From positions 280,245 to 344,244 of IMG/VR virus record IMGVR_UViG_3300019776_000324: a stretch of DNA of 64,000 bases; one strand, 5' to 3'. Below the pieces are notes generated by a model that saw only the letters and a list, made by a program, of their open reading frames with translations, was not told the DNA's origin and did no database searches. Made by a program: the position numbers and the translations under genes. Positions 36,705-45,449 of this stretch are shown piece by piece. How positions within the stretch are numbered: position 1 is the stretch's first letter; each line of letters opens with the position of its first letter.

Positions 36705-37706
36705 ATGAAGTATGTACTGATTGATACGGCAAATATGTTTTTCCGTGCAAGGCATGGTGCTTTCCGTGCTAGCGACACTTGGGAAAAGATTGGCTTTGCA
36801 CTACATATTACATTGATGGCTGCCAATAAAGTAGCCCGCAGATTTGAAGCAGATCATGTGGTATTTGCCCTAGAAGGTCGTAGCTGGCGCAAGGACTACT
36901 ACAAGCCATATAAAAATAACCGTGCTGTAGCCCGTGCGGCATTGACTGAAGCAGAACAAGATGAAGATAAAATGTTCTGGGAAACCTATGATAATCTGAC
37001 TAAATACTTGGCTGAAAGAACTAACTGTAGTGTTGTTAGATGTCCTACAGCAGAAGGCGACGATATCATAGCTCGCTGGATTGCACTTCACCCACAAGAC
37101 GAACATATTATTATCAGCAGTGACACTGACTTTGTACAATTGCTTGCAGAAAATGTTAAACAATACAATGGTATCACTGACGAATTACACACTATAGAAG
37201 GAATATTCGATGCGAAAGGTAAACCGGTTCTCGACAAGAAAACAAAGGAACCTAAAACAATTCCGGACCCACAGTGGTTACTTTTTGAGAAGTGCATGCG
37301 AGGCGACTCGTCTGACAATGTTTTTTCAGCGTTTCCGGGTGTTAGGACAAAAGGGACAAAGAATAAAGTTGGCTTACAAGAGGCGTATGCTGACAAGGAC
37401 AAAAAAGGATATAACTGGAACAATATGATGTTGCAACGCTGGACTGATCCAGATGGTGTTGAACATCGTGTGTTGGATGATTATGAACGCAACCGCGAGT
37501 TAATTGACTTAACAGCACAGCCAGAAGATATTAAAGCAGTAGTCGATGCTTGCATCCGCGAACAAATTAGTCACAAAGATATTGGACAAGTAGGTGTGCG
37601 CTTTATGCAGTTCTGTGGCAAGTATGAATTAAACAAGTGTAGCGAATCAGCTGACAGCTTTGGTCGTTGGTTGAATGAAACTTATAAAGGTGTACTCAAT
37701 GGCTAA
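36705..37706 (+). CDS. rnh: T4-type RNase H / 5'-3' exonuclease
   Basis: LIDTAN; YK.NR; EGDDII; SSDTDF.QL; GDSSDNV. Confidence 0.88.
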   Translation: MKYVLIDTANMFFRARHGAFRASDTWEKIGFALHITLMAANKVARRFEADHVVFALEGRSWRKDYYKPYKNNRAVARAALTEAEQDEDKMFWETYDNLTKYLAERTNCSVVRCPTAEGDDIIARWIALHPQDEHIIISSDTDFVQLLAENVKQYNGITDELHTIEGIFDAKGKPVLDKKTKEPKTIPDPQWLLFEKCMRGDSSDNVFSAFPGVRTKGTKNKVGLQEAYADKDKKGYNWNNMMLQRWTDPDGVEHRVLDDYERNRELIDLTAQPEDIKAVVDACIREQISHKDIGQVGVRFMQFCGKYELNKCSESADSFGRWLNETYKGVLNG

Positions 37707-37878
37707 AGATATGTTTTGGACCACTGTAACATTTGTTATTATTTTTAGTGTTTTGATTTTGGCCTTTTGGCCTACGACACCTCATGTAACAGTAGTATAT
37801 GATTGTCGTATAGCAGAGATTAGTCCAGACTATCCTGTAGCAGTAAAAGAAGCATGTAGAAAAAGGAGTGTTAAATGA
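37699..37878 (+). CDS. Small membrane protein
   Basis: One hydrophobic helix; YDC..AEISPD.P..VKEACR. Confidence 0.5.
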   Translation: MAKDMFWTTVTFVIIFSVLILAFWPTTPHVTVVYDCRIAEISPDYPVAVKEACRKRSVK

Positions 37879-38327
37879 CACTAGTAGCTAAACCCGTAGT
37901 AGATAAACAATATTGGATTTTACAAAAAGACAATCAAAAAGTTGGCAATGTAGAAGCATGTGCAGGTGGTTATCAAGTTAAAATTAATAATCAAGTTGCA
38001 CAGTTTAAAACTATTAAAATGGTTGAACAAAGAGTCAACATTCAGTTCCAACATTTTCCCAAGCCTATCAAAACAAAGCCCGCAGTAAATTTAGTACACG
38101 GATATCCAACTAGTGGTCGTGTGTACAATCCCATGTGGGACCTGCAACAAAAGCTACCTATCTATACAAAGACAAACAAATCAAAATCATGGTTTGCCGC
38201 TGGCTGGTATCGTGTCAAGAAAGGTCGCAATTGGGCCACAGTTCAAGATCCAAAATTAATTGTAGTTCAACGATATCCATACCAAGGCCCATACTATACC
38301 CGAGAGGAAGCAGAAAACAATGACTAA
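37875..38327 (+). CDS. Hypothetical protein
   Basis: Coupled ORF. Confidence 0.6.
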   Translation: MTLVAKPVVDKQYWILQKDNQKVGNVEACAGGYQVKINNQVAQFKTIKMVEQRVNIQFQHFPKPIKTKPAVNLVHGYPTSGRVYNPMWDLQQKLPIYTKTNKSKSWFAAGWYRVKKGRNWATVQDPKLIVVQRYPYQGPYYTREEAENND

Positions 38328-38682
38328 CCCATTTCGCGATCAAGAGAAGTTTATGAAGGCCTGTGATCAATCAGTAGGCAACATAAATCTAGAACAGTAT
38401 CAACTTTATTGTAATTTGATCAAAGAAGAATTTGACGAACTATGTGCCAGCGACAACATTGTTGATGACCTGGATGCACTAATTGATATCTTAGTTGTTA
38501 CTATTGGTGCTATTCATAGCTTGGGTGCAGATGGCGAAGGCGCATGGAAAGAAGTAATGCGTACCAACTTTGCCAAGATCGACAGCGAAACTGGCAAGGT
38601 GCGCAAGCGTGAAGATGGCAAGGTCTTAAAGCCTGTAGGCTGGACACCACCTAACCTGGAACCGTTTACCAAGATCAAATGA
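38320..38682 (+). CDS. All-alpha NTP pyrophosphohydrolase (MazG/PRA-PH-like)
   Basis: LIKEE..E; DALID; N.AK; DGKVLKP. Confidence 0.75.
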   Translation: MTNPFRDQEKFMKACDQSVGNINLEQYQLYCNLIKEEFDELCASDNIVDDLDALIDILVVTIGAIHSLGADGEGAWKEVMRTNFAKIDSETGKVRKREDGKVLKPVGWTPPNLEPFTKIK

Positions 38683-38891
38683 GTTTACACTTACAAAAAT
38701 TTGTAGATCGTGTTCGCGGACATGAAGCTCGTGGGTCTAAAGACTTTATTATGAGCATGGCTGATGCCAAGGACTTGCATGCAGATATCACAAGATTGCT
38801 CATAGACCTACAAAATCTTCGCGAACAAGCTGCTAATACCGCCACAGAACAGGCGATTACTGTACGAATGGACGGCGGATCCTTTAAATAA
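38679..38891 (+). CDS. Hypothetical protein
   Basis: Coupled ORF. Confidence 0.55.
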   Translation: MSLHLQKFVDRVRGHEARGSKDFIMSMADAKDLHADITRLLIDLQNLREQAANTATEQAITVRMDGGSFK

Positions 38892-38922
38892 TATAGGTAT
38901 ATTTTGGCATAAATAATATACC

Positions 38923-39210
38923 ATGAGTAGACCTAAACCAACGGTACTTGCCGAGCTCACTAACAAATCCACATACAAAACTGAACAAGTATTAGCGTCA
39001 GAAGGTATTTGGGCAGTGTTCTATGACAGCAAACCAATCAACCTTAAAACCTCTAATTTATTAGTTCAGTATCCTGGACCAAAATATAAAAAGGTTAGTT
39101 TCTCTAATCCAGGGCATGCTAAGAATTTAGCTAAAAAACTTAATACACAATTCAAGACTGACAAGTTTACAGTTGTGTTATTGAATGCCGGCGATCGAGT
39201 CTATCCTTGA
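38923..39210 (+). CDS. Hypothetical basic protein
   Basis: Follows a CATAAATA late motif. Confidence 0.6.
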   Translation: MSRPKPTVLAELTNKSTYKTEQVLASEGIWAVFYDSKPINLKTSNLLVQYPGPKYKKVSFSNPGHAKNLAKKLNTQFKTDKFTVVLLNAGDRVYP

Positions 39211-39574
39211 TGTGCGAAACAAAAAGAAACTCACTGAGGTACTAGTTCAACAGTTAGATCCTGAGCTGGGCATCACTGTGGAAACAGCACTTAATCTATG
39301 GTGGCATAATTTACGATCCGGTGGTGGCATGCGACTTACTCGTGCAGGATACGAAACATTTACACAGCTACTAAAGCTCGAACACTACGATTACAATTTA
39401 AAACCATTTGATTTGGATTCAAAATTAATTATTCAGATGGATCGTAGATTGCAACACCCTTATTATATTGTAACTAAAAAAATGATGCCGGTACAAGTTA
39501 TATTTTTTAATAGTAAGGAAGCAATGATGGTTAATTTATACGGGAATTTAAAAAAATTTATTGAGAGTTATTAG
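39185..39574 (+). CDS. Hypothetical protein (start may be the GTG at 39212)
   Basis: ORF overlapping the previous stop. Confidence 0.55.
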   Translation: MPAIESILDVRNKKKLTEVLVQQLDPELGITVETALNLWWHNLRSGGGMRLTRAGYETFTQLLKLEHYDYNLKPFDLDSKLIIQMDRRLQHPYYIVTKKMMPVQVIFFNSKEAMMVNLYGNLKKFIESY

Positions 39575-39596
39575 AATTTCAATAAATATTGTTAAC

Positions 39597-39752
39597 ATGG
39601 AAAAGTCCACAAATCCAGTAAAAATTTTCTACTATTCAGAAAAAGAATGGGATCGCTTAGGGTGCGGTGCACTGCCTCCAGAGCGAGATTTATCCCGTAT
39701 GATTACTGAAAATCAGAGTAATACCCCTAACACACCCAACGCTGATAAATAA
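39597..39752 (+). CDS. Hypothetical 51-aa protein
   Basis: ATG after an ATAAATA motif. Confidence 0.4.
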   Translation: MEKSTNPVKIFYYSEKEWDRLGCGALPPERDLSRMITENQSNTPNTPNADK

Positions 39753-39818
39753 TAACATCAGTCGTGCTTCCTGCACTAATATTTGATAAATATACTTTAA
39801 GAAATCCGGAGATTCTAA

Positions 39819-40817
39819 ATGTCTAAACGCACAGTAAAATGGCTTATCGCGCATCAACCAGAAGAGTTGTTTGTTCGTACAGCTACAGCCTTCTCACAAG
39901 AATTAAACAAACTTATTGGAGATGAGCTTGAGATTGAAATTTTAACTTATCCTAGTTACGCCGCAAAATACGGCGAAATCAAAGATCTAGAAAAATTGGC
40001 TTATTTTGATGAGCCAGAATACACTAATCACACAGCCGAAGGTAGTCTATGGGCCAAAGGCATTGATGCTTTTTGGAACGCTATGACAACCGGCGAGATC
40101 GAAATGAGCCAAATGCAAGTTGGACAGATCAGCAAATTTAACTATGACTTTGCTGCTTTAGATTTGCCATTCTTATTTGACGACCACGAGCATGTTAGCC
40201 GTGTTGTTGATGGAGAAATTGGTGCTGAACTTTGCCGTCAATTAGGCGAAAAGAGTTCTATCAAAGGCCTAGCATTTACATACTCAGGTGGATATCGTGT
40301 TATTGGTAGTAACGAATCTATCTGCTCATTAGAAGAGTTAGAAGGTCGTAAAGTTATTATTGAACAACCATTGAGTCTTGGTTATGCAATTGAAAAAATT
40401 GGAGCTGAAACTGTAGAGTTGGCACCAAACTTATGGCGTAAACTAGATCCAGTTGGCAATGGCCAAGCTGACGCAGTTGAAACTACCTATTTGCGTTTTA
40501 ATGGTAGCCATGTTCTCAAGACAAACCACAGCGTGTTTATGACTACTATTGTTGTAAGTAACCAGTTCTGGAATACATTGACAGAAGTACAACAAGCTGC
40601 ATTCCAAGCTGCTGCTCGTGTTGCTAGTCAAACTGAAAGACAGTGGGCATTGGATGATGCAGATCGTTATGAAGCTGAAGCTCAAGCTAAAGGTATTACT
40701 ATTACTGACATCAGTGAACAAGATGCTGCTCGTTTAAAGAAAGCTAGTCAACAAACTTATCTTCGCGTAAACGATATGTTTAGCAAGGGCTTGTTGGGTC
40801 GTATTCGTAAAGCCTAA
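39819..40817 (+). CDS. TRAP transporter solute-binding protein (DctP-like)
   Basis: DLPFLFDD.EH; G.R.I; LEGRK; H; VS..FW..L...QQ; no obvious signal peptide. Confidence 0.75.
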   Translation: MSKRTVKWLIAHQPEELFVRTATAFSQELNKLIGDELEIEILTYPSYAAKYGEIKDLEKLAYFDEPEYTNHTAEGSLWAKGIDAFWNAMTTGEIEMSQMQVGQISKFNYDFAALDLPFLFDDHEHVSRVVDGEIGAELCRQLGEKSSIKGLAFTYSGGYRVIGSNESICSLEELEGRKVIIEQPLSLGYAIEKIGAETVELAPNLWRKLDPVGNGQADAVETTYLRFNGSHVLKTNHSVFMTTIVVSNQFWNTLTEVQQAAFQAAARVASQTERQWALDDADRYEAEAQAKGITITDISEQDAARLKKASQQTYLRVNDMFSKGLLGRIRKA

Positions 40818-41974
40818 GGTTCTAAACAGTAAGCATTAACGGCCCCGAGTACCCCTCGGGACCAATCATTATTATTATTCAACCAGCCAAGTTTAGCGTA
40901 TCGTGAATATACTTCAGTTACACCATTCTTGGCATTCTTCAAATTAACATCATCACCTGGTGTCTTTTTCCAAAACCAATCATCTCGTTCACTTAGCATT
41001 AAATTAATTGGTTTGGCTGCTACCAAGGTTGATGGGTTCCATCCAGGATAAATGGTTGTGTGATAGATATCATTGTTAAGATATCTTCCATGTGTTTTAC
41101 TTTTCACAGCATGACTATATTGTTTCTGATCTGTGAACCAGGGTTGATCAGCAGTACCTTTTAGTTTGTTCATCAATAGATGACATTGTTTGATTATTAT
41201 TTGTGCAGAGTCCGGGCCCCAGAAGAACCATTCATCGTAGTAACCTTGATTGGCCAGCTCTTGAATACGAATATTTGTTTCACTGAATGCGTCAATTAGA
41301 TATGTGTGATATTTGCCGTCTTTGTCAAATATGCGTGGCTTGTCTGTACCCCAGATAAAACATAATTTTTTACCAGCATTGATAAGGTCTTGGTAATCTT
41401 GAATGTAGTCGCGCATGTATGCTCGAGCAAAACTGTTGGCACTTGCAATACCTTTAATGTTGTAAATAAAATCAAATTTAACATCGGGTCGTAAATATAC
41501 CTTAGGAATGATGTCGCTAAGATCTACTGTACGATGTTTTATATGTGGATGTTGTTCTAGAATTTTTTTAGTTTCAGGAACAGCAGTGAAGAATATTTCT
41601 TCATTCATGTTGTTGTGTTTGTCGCCATCGGCACCGTAAGAGTGGAATTGAGCAATTTCATCAACTTTAATGTTGTTATCGATAAAACTATCAAGTACGC
41701 ACCACGAGTCTGGACCGCCTGAATACCAAACAACAATGTAATCATAGTTGTCTCGTATTTGTTGTGCTCGTTGGCGATATAGTTCTTTTAAATTGGCACT
41801 GGGTTCTTGAGTCCAATTGTGTGATTGGTATTGTGGTTGATTAAAGTGCCACTCTAATTGTATGCCAGTACGATGCATTTCTTCTACAGCAAGCAATTTA
41901 CTGTAGGTTTTGAAAGTAGGACCAACGGTGTAATAGCCAAATTGGTCCCCAGAGTAGGGAGTAGTAGTAATCAT
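40814..41974 (-). CDS. PP-loop (adenine nucleotide alpha-hydrolase-like) protein
   Basis: VWYSGGPDS; likely start MITTTPY at 41974. Confidence 0.55.
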   Translation of the reverse strand: MITTTPYSGDQFGYYTVGPTFKTYSKLLAVEEMHRTGIQLEWHFNQPQYQSHNWTQEPSANLKELYRQRAQQIRDNYDYIVVWYSGGPDSWCVLDSFIDNNIKVDEIAQFHSYGADGDKHNNMNEEIFFTAVPETKKILEQHPHIKHRTVDLSDIIPKVYLRPDVKFDFIYNIKGIASANSFARAYMRDYIQDYQDLINAGKKLCFIWGTDKPRIFDKDGKYHTYLIDAFSETNIRIQELANQGYYDEWFFWGPDSAQIIIKQCHLLMNKLKGTADQPWFTDQKQYSHAVKSKTHGRYLNNDIYHTTIYPGWNPSTLVAAKPINLMLSERDDWFWKKTPGDDVNLKNAKNGVTEVYSRYAKLGWLNNNNDWSRGVLGAVNAYCLEP

Positions 41975-42080
41975 GTATGTGTAGTGAAATGGAAAATATT
42001 GTTTATAAAAGTATTGTAACACAGATAGTTTTATAGTACAATAGTGAAAGTAATATTTATTAACCAAGGAAAAACAACTT

Positions 42081-42971
42081 ATGAAACGAGTATTAATAGC
42101 GTTAGGCATTGTCCTAGCTTCTAACACAGTATCAGCCGATACTATTAAAATTACATGGCCATTTGGTCCTGATGTGGCTAGTCAACCCATGCGACTCATG
42201 GCTGATCAAGCCAACAAGCTACAAAAAAATGATACCTATGTTTTAGAATTTAAAACTGGGGCCGCAGGAGTCGTAGCCGTAAATGCAGTATCAAGCGATA
42301 AAAACGATGCAATCTTGGCACATTCTGGATCATTCTTTATTGTACCAGAAGCAATCGATCCTCCTGGATACAATGTTAACGACTGGCAGATGATTGATGC
42401 ATTATGCGATCTTCCGTTTGTTATTGCTAGTAAAAAGTACAAGTCTTTCAAAGACATTCCTCGTAACGAGATCGTAAGTATTGGCCACGCTGGTAATGGC
42501 ACAACTACGCATCTAATTGCTGAAGCAATAAGAAAAAAATATCCTAACTTGTTACTTGTTCCTTACAAGTCAGTTAGTGCTGCAGGGCTTGATTTAATGG
42601 GCGGACATGTTGACCTTATCGTAAGTTTACCAGGCGACACATTCACACACGAAAAAGATGGCAAGATGACTGTACTAGCAGTTACAGGAACAAACAAAGT
42701 CAATGGCGTTCCTAGCTTGGGCAGTCTAGGCGTACCGGCAGGCGATCAACTGATCACTGGATATTTCTATTTTGCTTCAAAGTCAGCTAACGAACAAAAA
42801 GTTAAGAACTGGATGAATGTACTTGGCCAAACCAAGACCAAAGAAGTAACCGACTTAATGAATCAAAATTATTGCAAGCCTTCAACACTAAAGCCAAGTC
42901 AATATGATGCAAGATTCAATGAATTGCGTGACTTCTGGAAGAAGGAAGTTTCTGCCATCAAGCCAAAATAA
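42081..42971 (+). CDS. Bug/TctC tripartite tricarboxylate transporter solute-binding protein
   Basis: Signal peptide; PF.P; GAAG; S.GHAG.G...HL; VPYK; DLMGGHVD. Confidence 0.8.
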   Translation: MKRVLIALGIVLASNTVSADTIKITWPFGPDVASQPMRLMADQANKLQKNDTYVLEFKTGAAGVVAVNAVSSDKNDAILAHSGSFFIVPEAIDPPGYNVNDWQMIDALCDLPFVIASKKYKSFKDIPRNEIVSIGHAGNGTTTHLIAEAIRKKYPNLLLVPYKSVSAAGLDLMGGHVDLIVSLPGDTFTHEKDGKMTVLAVTGTNKVNGVPSLGSLGVPAGDQLITGYFYFASKSANEQKVKNWMNVLGQTKTKEVTDLMNQNYCKPSTLKPSQYDARFNELRDFWKKEVSAIKPK

Positions 42972-42987
42972 CTTATAAGTAATTATA

Positions 42988-43340
42988 GTTTCGCATTTTA
43001 GTAAAAATGCGTGGTGGGTCGGGCTTTAAAGAATTGTTGTAATTCCTTCGTAGGGAAGGCGCTGTGGACCCGGGTTCGATACCCGGCATCTCCACCGAAA
43101 GGTATTAGGTTAGTATTTTTCGGTGGGGATGAAATGGATTCGACATGGTGAGATACTGAAAGAGGCAACACGGTAGGCGATGACCGTAAATCAAGCAAAT
43201 CTCGTAAATGCAAAAGCATCTACAGGCGAAGTAACTGTTTCAGGCAAGAGCGTTAAGTTCTCTGCTCGTACAGCGAAAGCTTCTTTAGCAGTTTAATCAC
43301 TGCTTAGGGTAGGAAATACCTCGTAACAGAAACAACCTAA
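42988..43340 (+). ncRNA. ssrA: Circularly permuted (two-piece) tmRNA; tag AKASTGEVTVSGKSVKFSARTAKASLAV* at 43210-43296
   Basis: T-arm and CAUCUCCA (43070-43094) lie before the 5' end GGGGAUG (43125); acceptor stem with G3-U70; GGAUUCGAC; UAAAU-GCA resume context. Confidence 0.88.
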
Positions 43341-43366
43341 AACGGCACTTAATTGTGCCGTTTTTC
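43339..43366 (+). terminator. Intrinsic terminator after tmRNA
   Basis: AAAACGGCAC-TTAATT-GTGCCGTTTTT. Confidence 0.8.
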
Positions 43367-43411
43367 TTGACAAAAACATTTTATAGTATATACTTAGACA
43401 GTATAAATAAT
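43367..43411 (+). promoter_or_regulatory. sigma70 promoter followed by a TATAAATA late promoter
   Basis: TTGACA-16-TATACT; TATAAATA at about 43403. Confidence 0.5.
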
Positions 43412-43602
43412 ATCTAGCAACGCCAGCGGAGTTCTAGCTGACGTCGGTTTCTTAGGACGCTTTGGGTTCCCCCATTTATCAGTTTACTGTAACGCCCTTC
43501 CGTGTGTGAATCCTTCACTAGCATATTTTTTACGCATACAGTTTACTTCACTAAGTAGTTTACTGTATTATGTCACAATTTTTATATAAGGAAAAATCAA
43601 GC

Positions 43603-44772
43603 ATGAAAAAGCTATTATTAGCATTAACCGCAGTACTGGGAGTGAGTGTTGCTCATGCCCAATCTAGCGTTACCATTTACGGTCTATTAGATGTAGGCTA
43701 TATTGGTACTAGCTACAAAGGTGTTGGAACTTCAGCAACCAATAAACAAACTACTAACACATTTGGCCAGAGTGCTGAAAGTCCAAGTCGTTTAGGTTTT
43801 AAAGGTAGTGAAGATTTAGGTGGCGGCAAGTCTGCTTTCTTTACAATTGAAACAGGTTTAACTCCGTCCAACTCAACAGCATCAACTTGGAACAACCGTC
43901 AAAGTTTTGTCGGTCTTAAACAAAATGGCCTCGGCGAAGCTGCTATCGGTACTCAGTATACTCCAATTTTTAGTGCTGTAGCTAGAACAGGTGCTAACCA
44001 AGCAAACGACCTAGTAGGCGATGTAATCATGGGTGGTAATCCTCAGTTGTTCGGCAACAATGGATCTGGAACTTATGGTACTACTGCTTCTGCTAACGGT
44101 ACAGATTCTGGTTTCACTGTTCGTACATCAAACACTTTAACTGTTAAATCCGAAGACTTCAAAGGATTTGTAGGTAAAGGTTTTGTAGCAATGAACAACC
44201 AAAATACTACACAAACTAACTCAACCACAGGTGGCACAAATAATGCGTCCGGTTGGGGCTTAGGTGTTGATTACACTTGGAACAAGTTGTTAGTAACAGC
44301 AAACTACCAAGCATTGAAGAGCTTGCAAACAGCTGCTACTCCTACTAACCCTGCTCCAGCTTACTGGAACACTGCTAGTGGTGGTACAAACACACAAGAC
44401 AATCAAACATACATCGGTGGTGTATATGACTTTGGTATCTTGAAGGGCTATGCTCAGTATATCAACCGTAAAGCAACTGATACATTGAACACTGGCTACT
44501 TTGCTCAGCGCCGTGCTGAACAGATTGGTGTTCGTGGATTCTTTACTCCAACTATCGAAGGTTGGGCAAGTGCTGGTGTTGGTAAAGTAACAGCATTCGG
44601 TGCTGGTCAACCAACAGCTAACTTCACTGGCTATCAGTTAGGTTCAAACTACTGGTTAAGCAAGCGTACAAACTTGTATGCTATGTACGGTCAGACACAA
44701 ACTGCAAGCACTTCTGCTGCTCCAGCGTTAGCTGCTAGCAACTATGCAGTAGGTCTTCGTCACACATTCTAA
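43603..44772 (+). CDS. Gram-negative trimeric porin (betaproteobacterial type)
   Basis: Signal peptide; SSVTIYGLLD; SRLGFKGSEDLG; WNNRQSFVGL; LSKRTNLY; C-terminal GLRHTF. Confidence 0.92.
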   Translation: MKKLLLALTAVLGVSVAHAQSSVTIYGLLDVGYIGTSYKGVGTSATNKQTTNTFGQSAESPSRLGFKGSEDLGGGKSAFFTIETGLTPSNSTASTWNNRQSFVGLKQNGLGEAAIGTQYTPIFSAVARTGANQANDLVGDVIMGGNPQLFGNNGSGTYGTTASANGTDSGFTVRTSNTLTVKSEDFKGFVGKGFVAMNNQNTTQTNSTTGGTNNASGWGLGVDYTWNKLLVTANYQALKSLQTAATPTNPAPAYWNTASGGTNTQDNQTYIGGVYDFGILKGYAQYINRKATDTLNTGYFAQRRAEQIGVRGFFTPTIEGWASAGVGKVTAFGAGQPTANFTGYQLGSNYWLSKRTNLYAMYGQTQTASTSAAPALAASNYAVGLRHTF

Positions 44773-44788
44773 TTTTAAATTAGAGTTC

Positions 44789-44813
44789 AACAAAAGGGCT
44801 TAGGCCCTTTTGT
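44789..44813 (+). terminator. Intrinsic terminator
   Basis: AAAAGGGC-TTAG-GCCCTTTT. Confidence 0.75.
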
Positions 44814-44830
44814 GTTTTAAGGATATTAAA

Positions 44831-45394
44831 TTGAAAAAATTATTAATTATTTTATTAGCAACTATGTCATCTGCGGTGTTTGCTAGCGATAACTGGCAAA
44901 GCGGCGATGGCCAGTTGCAATGGCGTAACGGAGATGGTACACTATGTTGGCGTGATGCTAATTGGACACCAGCTACTGCCGCTAAAGGTTGTGATGGCGC
45001 ATTAGTTGCTTCTCCAGCAAAACCTTCAGTATCACAAAGCAAAATCACTTTGCAAGCTGACACACTTTATGACTTCAACAAGTCTGACTTGAAACCAGAA
45101 GGTAAAGCTACATTGGACAAGATTGCCAAAGAGTTGAGTAAAATCAAATTGGAAGTAATCGTTGCCGTTGGTAATACTGACAGCATTGGTACTGATGCTT
45201 ACAATATGGCTTTGGGTCAGCGTCGTGCGCAGTCTGTTAAGACCTACTTGGTAAGCAAGGGTGTTGACGGTAGCCGCATCTACACAGAATCAAAAGGCAA
45301 ATCTAATCCTGTAGCGTCTAACGCTACAGCAGATGGTCGTGCCCAGAATCGTCGTACCGACATTGAAGTTGTTGGCATGGTTGATTCTAAGTAA
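44831..45394 (+). CDS. ompA: OmpA family peptidoglycan-binding protein (TTG start)
   Basis: CWRD..WTP..A..GCD; FDF/YDFNKS; GNTDSIG; N..L.QRRA; NRR.DIEV. Confidence 0.9.
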   Translation: MKKLLIILLATMSSAVFASDNWQSGDGQLQWRNGDGTLCWRDANWTPATAAKGCDGALVASPAKPSVSQSKITLQADTLYDFNKSDLKPEGKATLDKIAKELSKIKLEVIVAVGNTDSIGTDAYNMALGQRRAQSVKTYLVSKGVDGSRIYTESKGKSNPVASNATADGRAQNRRTDIEVVGMVDSK

Positions 45395-45409
45395 TTGAAC
45401 AACACGCAT

Positions 45410-45435
45410 AAAAAGCTCCTGCGGGGGCTTTTTTT
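45410..45435 (+). terminator. Intrinsic terminator
   Basis: AAAAAGCTCC-TGCG-GGGGCTTTTTTT. Confidence 0.75.
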
Positions 45436-45449
45436 GTGGTAAGTAAATC

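Noticed and set aside
42998-43219. 73-aa minus-strand ORF
   Set aside because: Antisense to the permuted tmRNA
39819-45394. Bacterial chromosome segment or chimera
   Set aside because: Flanked by and interspersed with phage-type late-promoter motifs and the same AT-rich style, though read-level checking is still advisable
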